The notes beneath the pieces were generated by a model. That model made no database searches. It saw only the letters and a list, made by a program, of their open reading frames with translations, and was not told the origin of the DNA. DNA of 64,000 bases from Chlamydiia bacterium (GTDB taxonomy: Bacteria; Chlamydiota; Chlamydiia; Chlamydiales; 2-12-FULL-49-11). The DNA is taken from contig JAJACI010000002.1 in assembly GCA_022601595.1 (NCBI GenBank), positions 12,523-76,522 on the forward strand. Reading direction: 5' to 3'. Each line of letters starts with the position of its first letter. The first letter of the stretch is position 1. Position numbers and translations under genes: made by a program. Shown here piece by piece: positions 10,461 through 17,085 of the stretch.

Positions 10461-10733
10461 GATTTTAGAGAATTTTTTCAGCGCTTTTTTTCTATAGGAG
10501 ACTCTGATAAACTACACTTTTTAGAATTTCTTCAGATTTTTTGAAATAAATCCGATTTTGGAGTAAGCGGCATCCCTGTAGGGATGGGGCGTAGCGAAAA
10601 ATGGAATTTATAAGAAATCTGGAAAATTATAAAACTGTCCGTTTTTCAGAGTCTCCTATATAGGATCTGACGTGTACATACAGGTACTCTAGGATCCTAT
10701 ATAGAAAAAAAGCGCCCAAAAAAACTCTAAAAT
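10461..10733 (+). repeat. Family C long hairpin C1, left arm interrupted by element A2
   Basis: Left arm gattttagagaattttttcagcgctttttttctata[A2]tataggatc pairs with right arm gatcctatatagaaaaaaagcgcccaaaaaaactctaaaa. Apex at 10668-10692 is tgacgtgtacatacaggtactctag. Confidence 0.6.
10497..10656 (+). mobile_element. Family A 160-bp foldback MITE-like element, copy A2
   Basis: ggagactctgataaactacac...ccgtttttcagagtctcc, flanked by tata/tata. Sits inside the left arm of hairpin C1. Confidence 0.9.
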
Positions 10734-10752
10734 GGAGGTCCACCTCCATTTT
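10729..10752. repeat. Small palindrome carrying an 11-nt copy of the tmRNA 3' flank/end
   Basis: aaaatggagg-tcca-cctccatttt. The left half, aaaatggaggt, equals 10991-11001 at the real tmRNA 3' end. Confidence 0.5.
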
Positions 10753-10757
10753 TTGAA

Positions 10758-10827
10758 GGTGTTTTTTCTTATTTCGATTTGATAGTGTACAGGTAGTACT
10801 CGGAAAATCGAAATAAGGAAAAAAAGC
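10758..10827 (+). repeat. Family C hairpin C2
   Basis: Arms ggtgttttttcttatttcgattt / aaaatcgaaataaggaaaaaaagc. Apex at 10781-10803 is gatagtgtacaggtagtactcgg. Confidence 0.6.
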
Positions 10828-10832
10828 AAAAA

Positions 10833-10852
10833 AAAATGGAGGTGGGGAGATT
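10833..10852 (-). repeat. 20-nt direct duplicate of the tmRNA 3' end (att-like relic)
   Basis: aaaatggaggtggggagatt is identical to 10991-11010, which spans the 3' terminus of ssrA. Confidence 0.8.
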
Positions 10853-10884
10853 AAAGTGTCTATTTCTCAATGGCACTTGTAGAA

Positions 10885-10994
10885 TTTTGATGAGTTATTT
10901 TTTAGAAGATCTTTTCTAATTCGGATCCGACGTGTGCGTGTAGGCACTCTAGGATCCGAATTAGTGAAAGATCTTCCAAAAATAACCATCAAAA
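10885..10994 (+). repeat. Family C long hairpin C3, abutting the tmRNA 3' end
   Basis: Arms ttttgatgagttattttttagaagatcttttctaattcggatcc / ggatccgaattagtgaaagatcttccaaaaataaccatcaaaa. Apex at 10929-10951 is gacgtgtgcgtgtaggcactcta. Ends 1 nt before ssrA. Confidence 0.7.
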
Positions 10995-11410
10995 TGGAGG
11001 TGGGGAGATTCGAACTCCCGTGCTAGATAACTCCACAACTATATCTACATACTTAGTCACCCGTTAATAACCTTATGAAATGACGACAGATGACAAGCAC
11101 ATGTAACATAAGGCTTTTTCTAAATCTTGAATAGTTGGGCCGAAAAAGAATTCCCATCTATTCATACCGTGATATATTACGATGAGAATAAGACCTCTCG
11201 GTCCGAATCTTAAACCATCGACGAAACTACCTTTCGGTAATTAAGCTGCAACTGAAGCGGCATTTTCAGCAGTAAACTGCTCAAAATTACCAACTATAAC
11301 ATTACTGTTTTTTGGTGCATTTATTTTTTTTCCGGTTTTTTTAGGAGGCCAACCAGAACCCTCCGTATGCAATAATTACTTATACCATCCAGGCGATACC
11401 ACTCACCCCC
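10995..11410 (-). ncRNA. ssrA: tmRNA (transfer-messenger RNA)
   Basis: 5' GGGGGUG pairs with 3' CACCUCC, giving a 7-bp acceptor stem with a G3:U wobble and discriminator A; CCA is not encoded. T-arm is GGGAG-UUCGAAU-CUCCC. Internal tag frame 11318->11241 reads GCA CCA AAA ... GUU GCA GCU UAA = APKNSNVIVGNFEQFTAENAASVAA. The segment before the resume codon (GGUUGGCCUCCUAAAAAAACCGG) resembles the E. coli ssrA PK1 region. Confidence 0.9.
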
Positions 11411-11674
11411 TTATTATAAGGATACTCCGAAAAATTTCCCTAAAAAAATGGTGTCCTAAATGACTTTTGACACCCTAAACCTCTCTCTTTCTATTTTAAG
11501 ACAAACCCGCTGCAAGCAGCAAATCTGGCGCTACGCAAATTAAAATAGTAAGATTGAAAGCTCAGGCTATCAAAAATCCTCTAGCACACCATAAGTATAA
11601 CTATTTTGATACATAATATCAAAATAAAAAATTACCCGGATAATCGTTAGATCACTCGGATAATAGAAAATACA

Positions 11675-11959
11675 TTATCTTCTGCCGCCGCGGTCACTTC
11701 TTTCCACTCTTGGTCTTGCTTCGTTAACAGTTAATGAACGACCATCAACTTCTTTACCATTCATTGCATCGATTGCAGCTTGTGCTTCATCAGTACTACT
11801 CATTTCTACAAATGCGAATCCTTTTGAACGTCCTGTATCTCTATCTTCGATAATTTGTGCAGATACTACTGTTCCAAATTCTTCAAATAGTTCTTTTAAG
11901 CTGTCGTTGTCTAAACTGTAAGGAATGTTTCCTACATATAATTTTTTTTCTTGTGCCAC
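11675..11959 (-). CDS. RRM-type (RNP-1/RNP-2) RNA-binding protein, 94 aa
   Basis: RNP-2 LYVGNI and RNP-1 KGFAFVEM, with a short Arg/Gly tail. Typical small bacterial RRM protein. Confidence 0.85.
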   Translation of the reverse strand: MAQEKKLYVGNIPYSLDNDSLKELFEEFGTVVSAQIIEDRDTGRSKGFAFVEMSSTDEAQAAIDAMNGKEVDGRSLTVNEARPRVERSDRGGRR

Positions 11960-12240
11960 GTCGGGTCTCCTAATAAAAAGCGTCCCTTAAATAACGGATT
12001 ATCTAAGCTCTGCTATAACTTTCAAATTTACTTTACACATCTAAAAAACAAAAGATGGTCTTCTATTTTTCAAACGATAGAGGAAGTATAGACTATGGAT
12101 GTATTTAATGATAGCAAGAAGATTTTCCCTTTTTTTCTTAAAAAATATTTTTTAATGTGTGATTTGCATAACTATAGTATCTTTTAATGTAGCTCTGTTG
12201 TATCCTATATGTGAAATATAAATTACACAAGGCAACTTTC

Positions 12241-14058
12241 ATGGGTTTTTCCAAATTTGAACTAGACGAAAAAATTATTAAGGCAATTACAGACGCAGGT
12301 TATACAAAACCTTCGAAAATCCAAGAACAAGCCATCCCTGTTGCTTTAGAAGGAAAAGATGTCAGAGCATCTGCTCAAACAGGTACTGGAAAAACAGCAG
12401 CATTTCTAATACCAGCGCTTCAAAAAATTATTGACTCTCCTAAACAAGGGGGAAAAGGGCCTAAACTTCTGGTTCTTACTCCAACAAGAGAGCTTGCTCA
12501 ACAAATTACTGTACAAGCGGAAAAATATAGTAAACATTTGAGAAACATTAGATCTGTTTGTGTAGTGGGCGGAGTTCCTTACCATAAGCAACAAGCTAAA
12601 CTAAACCGTCCTTATGACATATTGATTGCAACACCTGGTCGTCTTATAGATTACATGAACAGAGGTAAAGTTAATTTTTCAAACCTGGAGATGATTGTTC
12701 TTGATGAAGCAGACAGAATGCTTGATATGGGATTTTCAGAGCCTGTGGAAGAAATTATTTCAGCAACACCGCAAAACAGACAAACATTATTGTTTTCTGC
12801 GACTCTAAAAGGAGAGGTGCTAAAACTTTCCCAAAGATTTATGAAAGATCCAGTAGAGATTGTTATTCACTCAGATCATGAAAAACATGAAAACATTGAT
12901 CAAAAACTTCTTTACGTAGACAACCTAGGCCATAAAAATGATTTGCTTGATCATATCCTTAATGCAGAAGACTTGAAATCAGCTATTATTTTCACTGCAA
13001 CTAAAAGACATTGTGATGAGCTGGTTGATGAGCTGGAAGATAAAGATTTTGCAGCGGGGGCGCTACATGGAGATATGAACCAAAGACAAAGATCTCGTAC
13101 AATTAAAATGCTTAAAGAGGGAAGGTTTAATATTCTTGTTGCAACAGATGTAGCAGCTCGTGGTATTGATATCTCTGATATTTCTCATGTAATTAACTTT
13201 GACCTTCCAAGAGATACTGAAGATTACGTGCATAGAATTGGTAGAACAGGGCGTGCTGGTAAAACAGGTATTGCCATCTCTTTTGCTGGATCAAAAGACA
13301 TTCACATGGTTCCAAGAATTGAAAAATACACAGGACAAGCAATTAATGTGATAGAAATTGCAGGTCTCGAACCTCGCTGTAAACCAAAAGCTACCGGTGA
13401 GAAAAAATCAAAGTCTAGAAAAAGAGGCGGCGGATCTCGTTCAGGTAATAGATCAGGCGGCGGAGACAGAAGATCATCAGGCGGAAGAGGCGGATACGGT
13501 GGAGGCGAAAGAAGATCAGCTCCTAGGAGTGACTCTCGCGACAGGTCTGACAGAGGAAACTCTTCCGGGGGAGAAAGAAGATCATCTCCTAGAGGAGAAT
13601 CTCGTGGTGGTTTCGGTGGAGAAAGAAGGTCTGCACCAAGAAGTGACTCTCGCGACAGGTCTGACAGAGGAAACTCTTATGGCGGCGGTGAAAGACGGTC
13701 ATCTCCAAGAAGTGACTCTCGCGACAGGTCTGACAGAGGAAACTCTTTCGGCGGTGACAGAAGATCATCAGCACCTAGGGGCGGGTCTGAGAGAAGATCC
13801 TCAGGTGGATACGGCGGAAGAAGCGAATCTTTCGGCGGAGCTAGAAAGACCACTAAGAGTGGCAATTCTAAAGACAGGTCTGAAAAAAGAAGTTTCGGAG
13901 AAAAAAGCACTTTCGGCAACCGTTCTAAGTCAGATAGCCGTAAAGGTGGATTTTCCTCAGAGAAAAGATCATCAGGTGGCGACAGAAGATCATCAGGCGG
14001 CAGAAAGCCTTCCTCTTTTAAAGGTGGCGGCGGAAAGTCTCATAGAGGAGCTAGATAA
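12241..14058 (+). CDS. DEAD-box ATP-dependent RNA helicase with long Arg/Ser/Gly-rich C-terminal tail
   Basis: Q motif GYTKPSKIQ, AQTGTGKT, PTRELA, DEAD, SAT, HRIGRTGRAG. The ORF opens at GTG 12211, but ATG 12241 (MGFSKFELD) is the likely start. Confidence 0.9.
   Translation: MGFSKFELDEKIIKAITDAGYTKPSKIQEQAIPVALEGKDVRASAQTGTGKTAAFLIPALQKIIDSPKQGGKGPKLLVLTPTRELAQQITVQAEKYSKHLRNIRSVCVVGGVPYHKQQAKLNRPYDILIATPGRLIDYMNRGKVNFSNLEMIVLDEADRMLDMGFSEPVEEIISATPQNRQTLLFSATLKGEVLKLSQRFMKDPVEIVIHSDHEKHENIDQKLLYVDNLGHKNDLLDHILNAEDLKSAIIFTATKRHCDELVDELEDKDFAAGALHGDMNQRQRSRTIKMLKEGRFNILVATDVAARGIDISDISHVINFDLPRDTEDYVHRIGRTGRAGKTGIAISFAGSKDIHMVPRIEKYTGQAINVIEIAGLEPRCKPKATGEKKSKSRKRGGGSRSGNRSGGGDRRSSGGRGGYGGGERRSAPRSDSRDRSDRGNSSGGERRSSPRGESRGGFGGERRSAPRSDSRDRSDRGNSYGGGERRSSPRSDSRDRSDRGNSFGGDRRSSAPRGGSERRSSGGYGGRSESFGGARKTTKSGNSKDRSEKRSFGEKSTFGNRSKSDSRKGGFSSEKRSSGGDRRSSGGRKPSSFKGGGGKSHRGAR
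13528..13746 (+). repeat. Intragenic repeats in the helicase tail (36-nt identical core x3)
   Basis: agtgactctcgcgacaggtctgacagaggaaactct occurs at 13528-13563, 13642-13677 and 13711-13746, encoding SDSRDRSDRGNS each time. Confidence 0.8.
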
Positions 14059-14079
14059 CCTAATAAATGAGGGGTGCAT

Positions 14080-15438
14080 ATGCATATCTTAAATACTATA
14101 TCCGAACATTTAACGGTATCGATTCAGGCCGCTAAAGACGCCTGGGTTGAAATCCCTCCTTTTACGAATATAATAAATTCTTTTTTGTATGTCAGCACTT
14201 ATAGAAAACCTGTAGACCTTTCTGCAGTTACTATTGAAAAGCTCAATGCAATTACTGGCGAGGAAGTATGGAACAGCCAAGCTACAGCTAAAGTGTTAAA
14301 ACTTTTTGAAAACGAATCTACAAAAGAAGTCTTTTCAGGAAATCCAACTAGTAAATTGGATAACATAAATACCTCTTTAAAAAAGTTAGGATATAAGATT
14401 CTTGCTGAAAAAAATATTGATGGCACTCCAACTCCATATTACGGTGTAGTACAAACACCGGATAGTTCATTAATTCTAAAGTATGCCCCTAACCATCATT
14501 CTCCTCTCAGACAACCACCTGAAATATCTTTTCCCTCAGATAATTTCTTTGCATTCGCTTTTGGTGACCCCAATGAATCTCTGCTTAGGATTAAAATGGC
14601 ATCTCTAATTAAAGTTGCTGCAACCGAAAATAAACTAAATATAACTGTTCCAAAAAAAATAGCGATAAAAATCCCAAGAAACAGCCGATCTTCTCGAGCT
14701 CAATATGTAATAGCTGCAGAAGCTATTGACCTTCTTTCTATTGATGAAATGAAAATTGCTATCACTGAAGCACCCAAGAAAGAGCAGGAAGAACTTGCAC
14801 TTAGAGTGCATAGATTTATAGAGTTAACAGGGTTTGTAGATGTAAACATTGGAAATAATATCTTATTTAGAAGAGGAGATGAAAGACCTTTATCAACTAG
14901 AGAATTAGTTGTTATTGACACTGAACCAAGAGGCTCTTTAGAAACAAAAGACAAAAAATCTCTATTCCCCTCCTCTTGCTTAGAAAAATGTAGAGTGATT
15001 GGAGGTTTACAGGCATATGCTTTTAGCATACAGAATTTCGGGAAGGAAACCCACTTAACAAAGGCTCTCCTAACACTCGCTAGACGCCAAACCAGACAGA
15101 GAACTTGGATGAGCACTGTTGGAATTTCCAGTTGCATTTTTTTCCCTCTGATATTAACTGGAGCACTGAAAGCAAACAAATTTTCTGACAAACGGAAAAG
15201 AGTGCTCCTAACTGTCATTTCTTATTTATTTATATTGTATATTGCACCAATAGTCAAAGCTCTTCATATTGCTATAACTGCTTATAATATGACTCACGCA
15301 AAAAAAAGATTGATAACTTGCTTTGAAAATACAACACCTAATGATAGCAGAACCTTAATTCTACAAAAAAAATATATTAAAGCAAAAGCTGCTTATCACC
15401 ACGCCATCAATAATTCTTTTTTAAGGTTGGGCGCCTAA
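14080..15438 (+). CDS. Hypothetical protein with kinase-like catalytic-loop signature and C-terminal transmembrane hairpin
   Basis: SD-like gagggg lies 6 nt before ATG 14080 (ORF opens at GTG 14074). GFVDVNIGNNILF...VVIDTE fits D-x4-N plus an I-D-x-E/G kinase-fold pattern. Two hydrophobic helices lie near the C-terminus (VGISSCIFFPLILTGAL / VLLTVISYLFILYIAPIV). Confidence 0.6.
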   Translation: MHILNTISEHLTVSIQAAKDAWVEIPPFTNIINSFLYVSTYRKPVDLSAVTIEKLNAITGEEVWNSQATAKVLKLFENESTKEVFSGNPTSKLDNINTSLKKLGYKILAEKNIDGTPTPYYGVVQTPDSSLILKYAPNHHSPLRQPPEISFPSDNFFAFAFGDPNESLLRIKMASLIKVAATENKLNITVPKKIAIKIPRNSRSSRAQYVIAAEAIDLLSIDEMKIAITEAPKKEQEELALRVHRFIELTGFVDVNIGNNILFRRGDERPLSTRELVVIDTEPRGSLETKDKKSLFPSSCLEKCRVIGGLQAYAFSIQNFGKETHLTKALLTLARRQTRQRTWMSTVGISSCIFFPLILTGALKANKFSDKRKRVLLTVISYLFILYIAPIVKALHIAITAYNMTHAKKRLITCFENTTPNDSRTLILQKKYIKAKAAYHHAINNSFLRLGA

Positions 15439-15446
15439 AAAGATTC

Positions 15447-15474
15447 TAAAAACTGTCCGTTTATCAGAGTCTCC
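15447..15474 (+). repeat. Family A right-end fragment
   Basis: tctaaaaactgtccgtttatcagagtctcc matches the right terminus of family A and lies back-to-back with A3. Confidence 0.5.
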
Positions 15475-15478
15475 CTAA

Positions 15479-15638
15479 GGAGACTCTGATAAACGAGCAG
15501 TTTTATAATCTCCCAGATTTCTGATACATCCTATTTTTCGTGGCGCCCCATCCCTACAGGGATGCCGCTTACTCCAAAATCGGATTTATTTCAAAAAATC
15601 TGAAAAAATTCTAAAAGGTGTAGTTTATCAGAGTCTCC
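15479..15638 (-). mobile_element. Family A 160-bp foldback MITE-like element, copy A3
   Basis: Full-length copy flanked by ctaa/ttaa. Its right terminus supplies the last three codons and the TGA stop of ORF 15628..16251. Confidence 0.9.
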
Positions 15639-16251
15639 TTAAGATTAAAGCGCAGAGTTTGTCTTTAGCCATTTGATTATAATTTTTTCCGATGTGCATC
15701 ACGCCATCGGAAAATTTCATTTTAAGAGTCCCATCAGCCATGGAGTACTCATCAAATACATCAAAATATAATATCTTTGATTTTTTAAGTTTGGCATTTA
15801 GCCTTTTTGTATATTTCACTCGAGCCTCAGCAGGACCCACAGATGGATACCCATCCACCGTTAATTCTCGTACAGGTGGTGTTACTCCAAAAATAACAGG
15901 AATAACCTTATACTTTTTAGCAATTTTCTTTATTTGCAAGAGGTACCCTTCTACCAGTTTTGACAAAACCTCATCAAGTTCTCTTTTTTCCTTGGTCACC
16001 TGTTTATCGATATGGCAGCGCACATCAATTTCTCCAAAACAAAAAACCAAATAGTCTCCCTCTTTCATATCAGCAAAATATTTGTCATCACACCCTCGTA
16101 TTCCAAAAGAATACATCGTTTGAGAACCAACAAAATGAGTGGTCAGAGGAACATTTATAATCCCCTCATCGCTCAAATAAAATATAGAGTCCCCTTCACT
16201 GGTAAAGGTAAAATCGCAATGGCTATCACCAATGGTATGTACTTTTGTCAT
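15628..16251 (-). CDS. SGNH/GDSL-like hydrolase family protein (207 aa)
   Basis: N-terminal block I-like motif HTIGDSHC and a C-terminal FSDGVMHIG (Asp/His block-V-like). The C-terminal RRL-stop is encoded by repeat A3. Confidence 0.5.
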   Translation of the reverse strand: MTKVHTIGDSHCDFTFTSEGDSIFYLSDEGIINVPLTTHFVGSQTMYSFGIRGCDDKYFADMKEGDYLVFCFGEIDVRCHIDKQVTKEKRELDEVLSKLVEGYLLQIKKIAKKYKVIPVIFGVTPPVRELTVDGYPSVGPAEARVKYTKRLNAKLKKSKILYFDVFDEYSMADGTLKMKFSDGVMHIGKNYNQMAKDKLCALILRRL

Positions 16252-16317
16252 AACCCTATCCTAATCTACCTGTAATAAATAAGGAAATAAAAACCTATCT
16301 CCTGTATAATCCCTACC

Positions 16318-17031
16318 ATGAAACATTATGTAATTGGAAAAAATTCTGTACAAGAGCTTGTCAAGCATGCTCCAGAGCGCGTGATTGCGATCATCACCTC
16401 TCATACCGATGATGATCCTGTGATTAAAAAGCTCCTTGAGCTGAAAAAGCCACTACATATGAAAAATCTCAAAAAATTAGATGAGCTGACCAATTCCACT
16501 TCTCATCAAGGCTATGTTCTTGAGGTAAAAAAAAGAGAGTCTTTGCATGTTGAAGAGCTTCTTGAAAGATCCAAAGATAAAAAAAGATGTTTGGTGGTAA
16601 TGCTTGACTCTATTTTTGATCCACATAATGTAGGAGCGATCCTTAGAGCTTGTGAATGTTTTGGCGTAGACGGTGTTATCTATTCTAAAAATAAAGGGTG
16701 TAAAATAACGCCAACGGTGACAAAAATTTCTATGGGAGCCTCAGAGATTGTTCCTATTACAGAGGTTTCTAACCTTGCAACCACCATAGAAAAGTTTCAA
16801 AAAGAGGGCTTTTGGGCAGCCTCTGCTGAAATAAGCAGTAAGGCCACCTCTATATACGACTTTGACTACCCAGAAAAAACCCTACTTATCTTAGGATCAG
16901 AAGGCAAAGGGGTACAAAATATTCTTTCTAAAAAATCAGACTTTCATGTGTATATCCCCATGAGCGGCCAGATTGACTCTTTAAATGTCTCTCAAGCCGC
17001 AGCCGTATTCATCATGAATTTTAAAAAGTAG
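16318..17031 (+). CDS. rlmB: TrmH/SpoU-family RNA 2'-O-methyltransferase (RlmB-like)
   Basis: SpoU motifs LDSIFDPHNVGAILRACECFG, LILGSEGKGV and IPMSGQIDSLNVSQAAAV, with an N-terminal substrate-binding-like domain. Confidence 0.8.
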   Translation: MKHYVIGKNSVQELVKHAPERVIAIITSHTDDDPVIKKLLELKKPLHMKNLKKLDELTNSTSHQGYVLEVKKRESLHVEELLERSKDKKRCLVVMLDSIFDPHNVGAILRACECFGVDGVIYSKNKGCKITPTVTKISMGASEIVPITEVSNLATTIEKFQKEGFWAASAEISSKATSIYDFDYPEKTLLILGSEGKGVQNILSKKSDFHVYIPMSGQIDSLNVSQAAAVFIMNFKK

Positions 17032-17085
17032 TTATTAATTTTTATCAAATGTGCTACTTTACTCACAACTTTATATAGGATTAAC

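Noticed and set aside
9422-11010. Intact prophage or genomic island integrated at ssrA
   Set aside because: No integrase, excisionase or phage genes are present. The duplicated ssrA ends are only about 140 bp apart, so at most this is a relic.
10995-11025. tRNA-like T-arm (gggagttcgaatctccc on the minus strand) as a tRNA gene
   Set aside because: No anticodon arm or D-arm lies at tRNA distance. The acceptor partner lies 416 nt away and a tag reading frame lies between them, so it is the tmRNA 3' domain.
11411-11425. TATAAT hexamer on the minus strand 2 nt upstream of the mature tmRNA 5' end as the ssrA -10 box
   Set aside because: It is too close to the predicted mature 5' end. tmRNA precursors are normally 5'-processed, so the start site should be further upstream. 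No convincing -35 lies at 17-bp spacing, and the AT-rich context makes chance TATAAT matches likely.
13358-14092. 244-aa plus-strand ORF and minus-strand ORFs (13589..13774, 13677..13919) overlapping the helicase tail
   Set aside because: They are alternative frames of the Arg/Ser/Gly low-complexity repeat region, where stop codons are depleted in all frames. The helicase frame is continuous with the conserved core.
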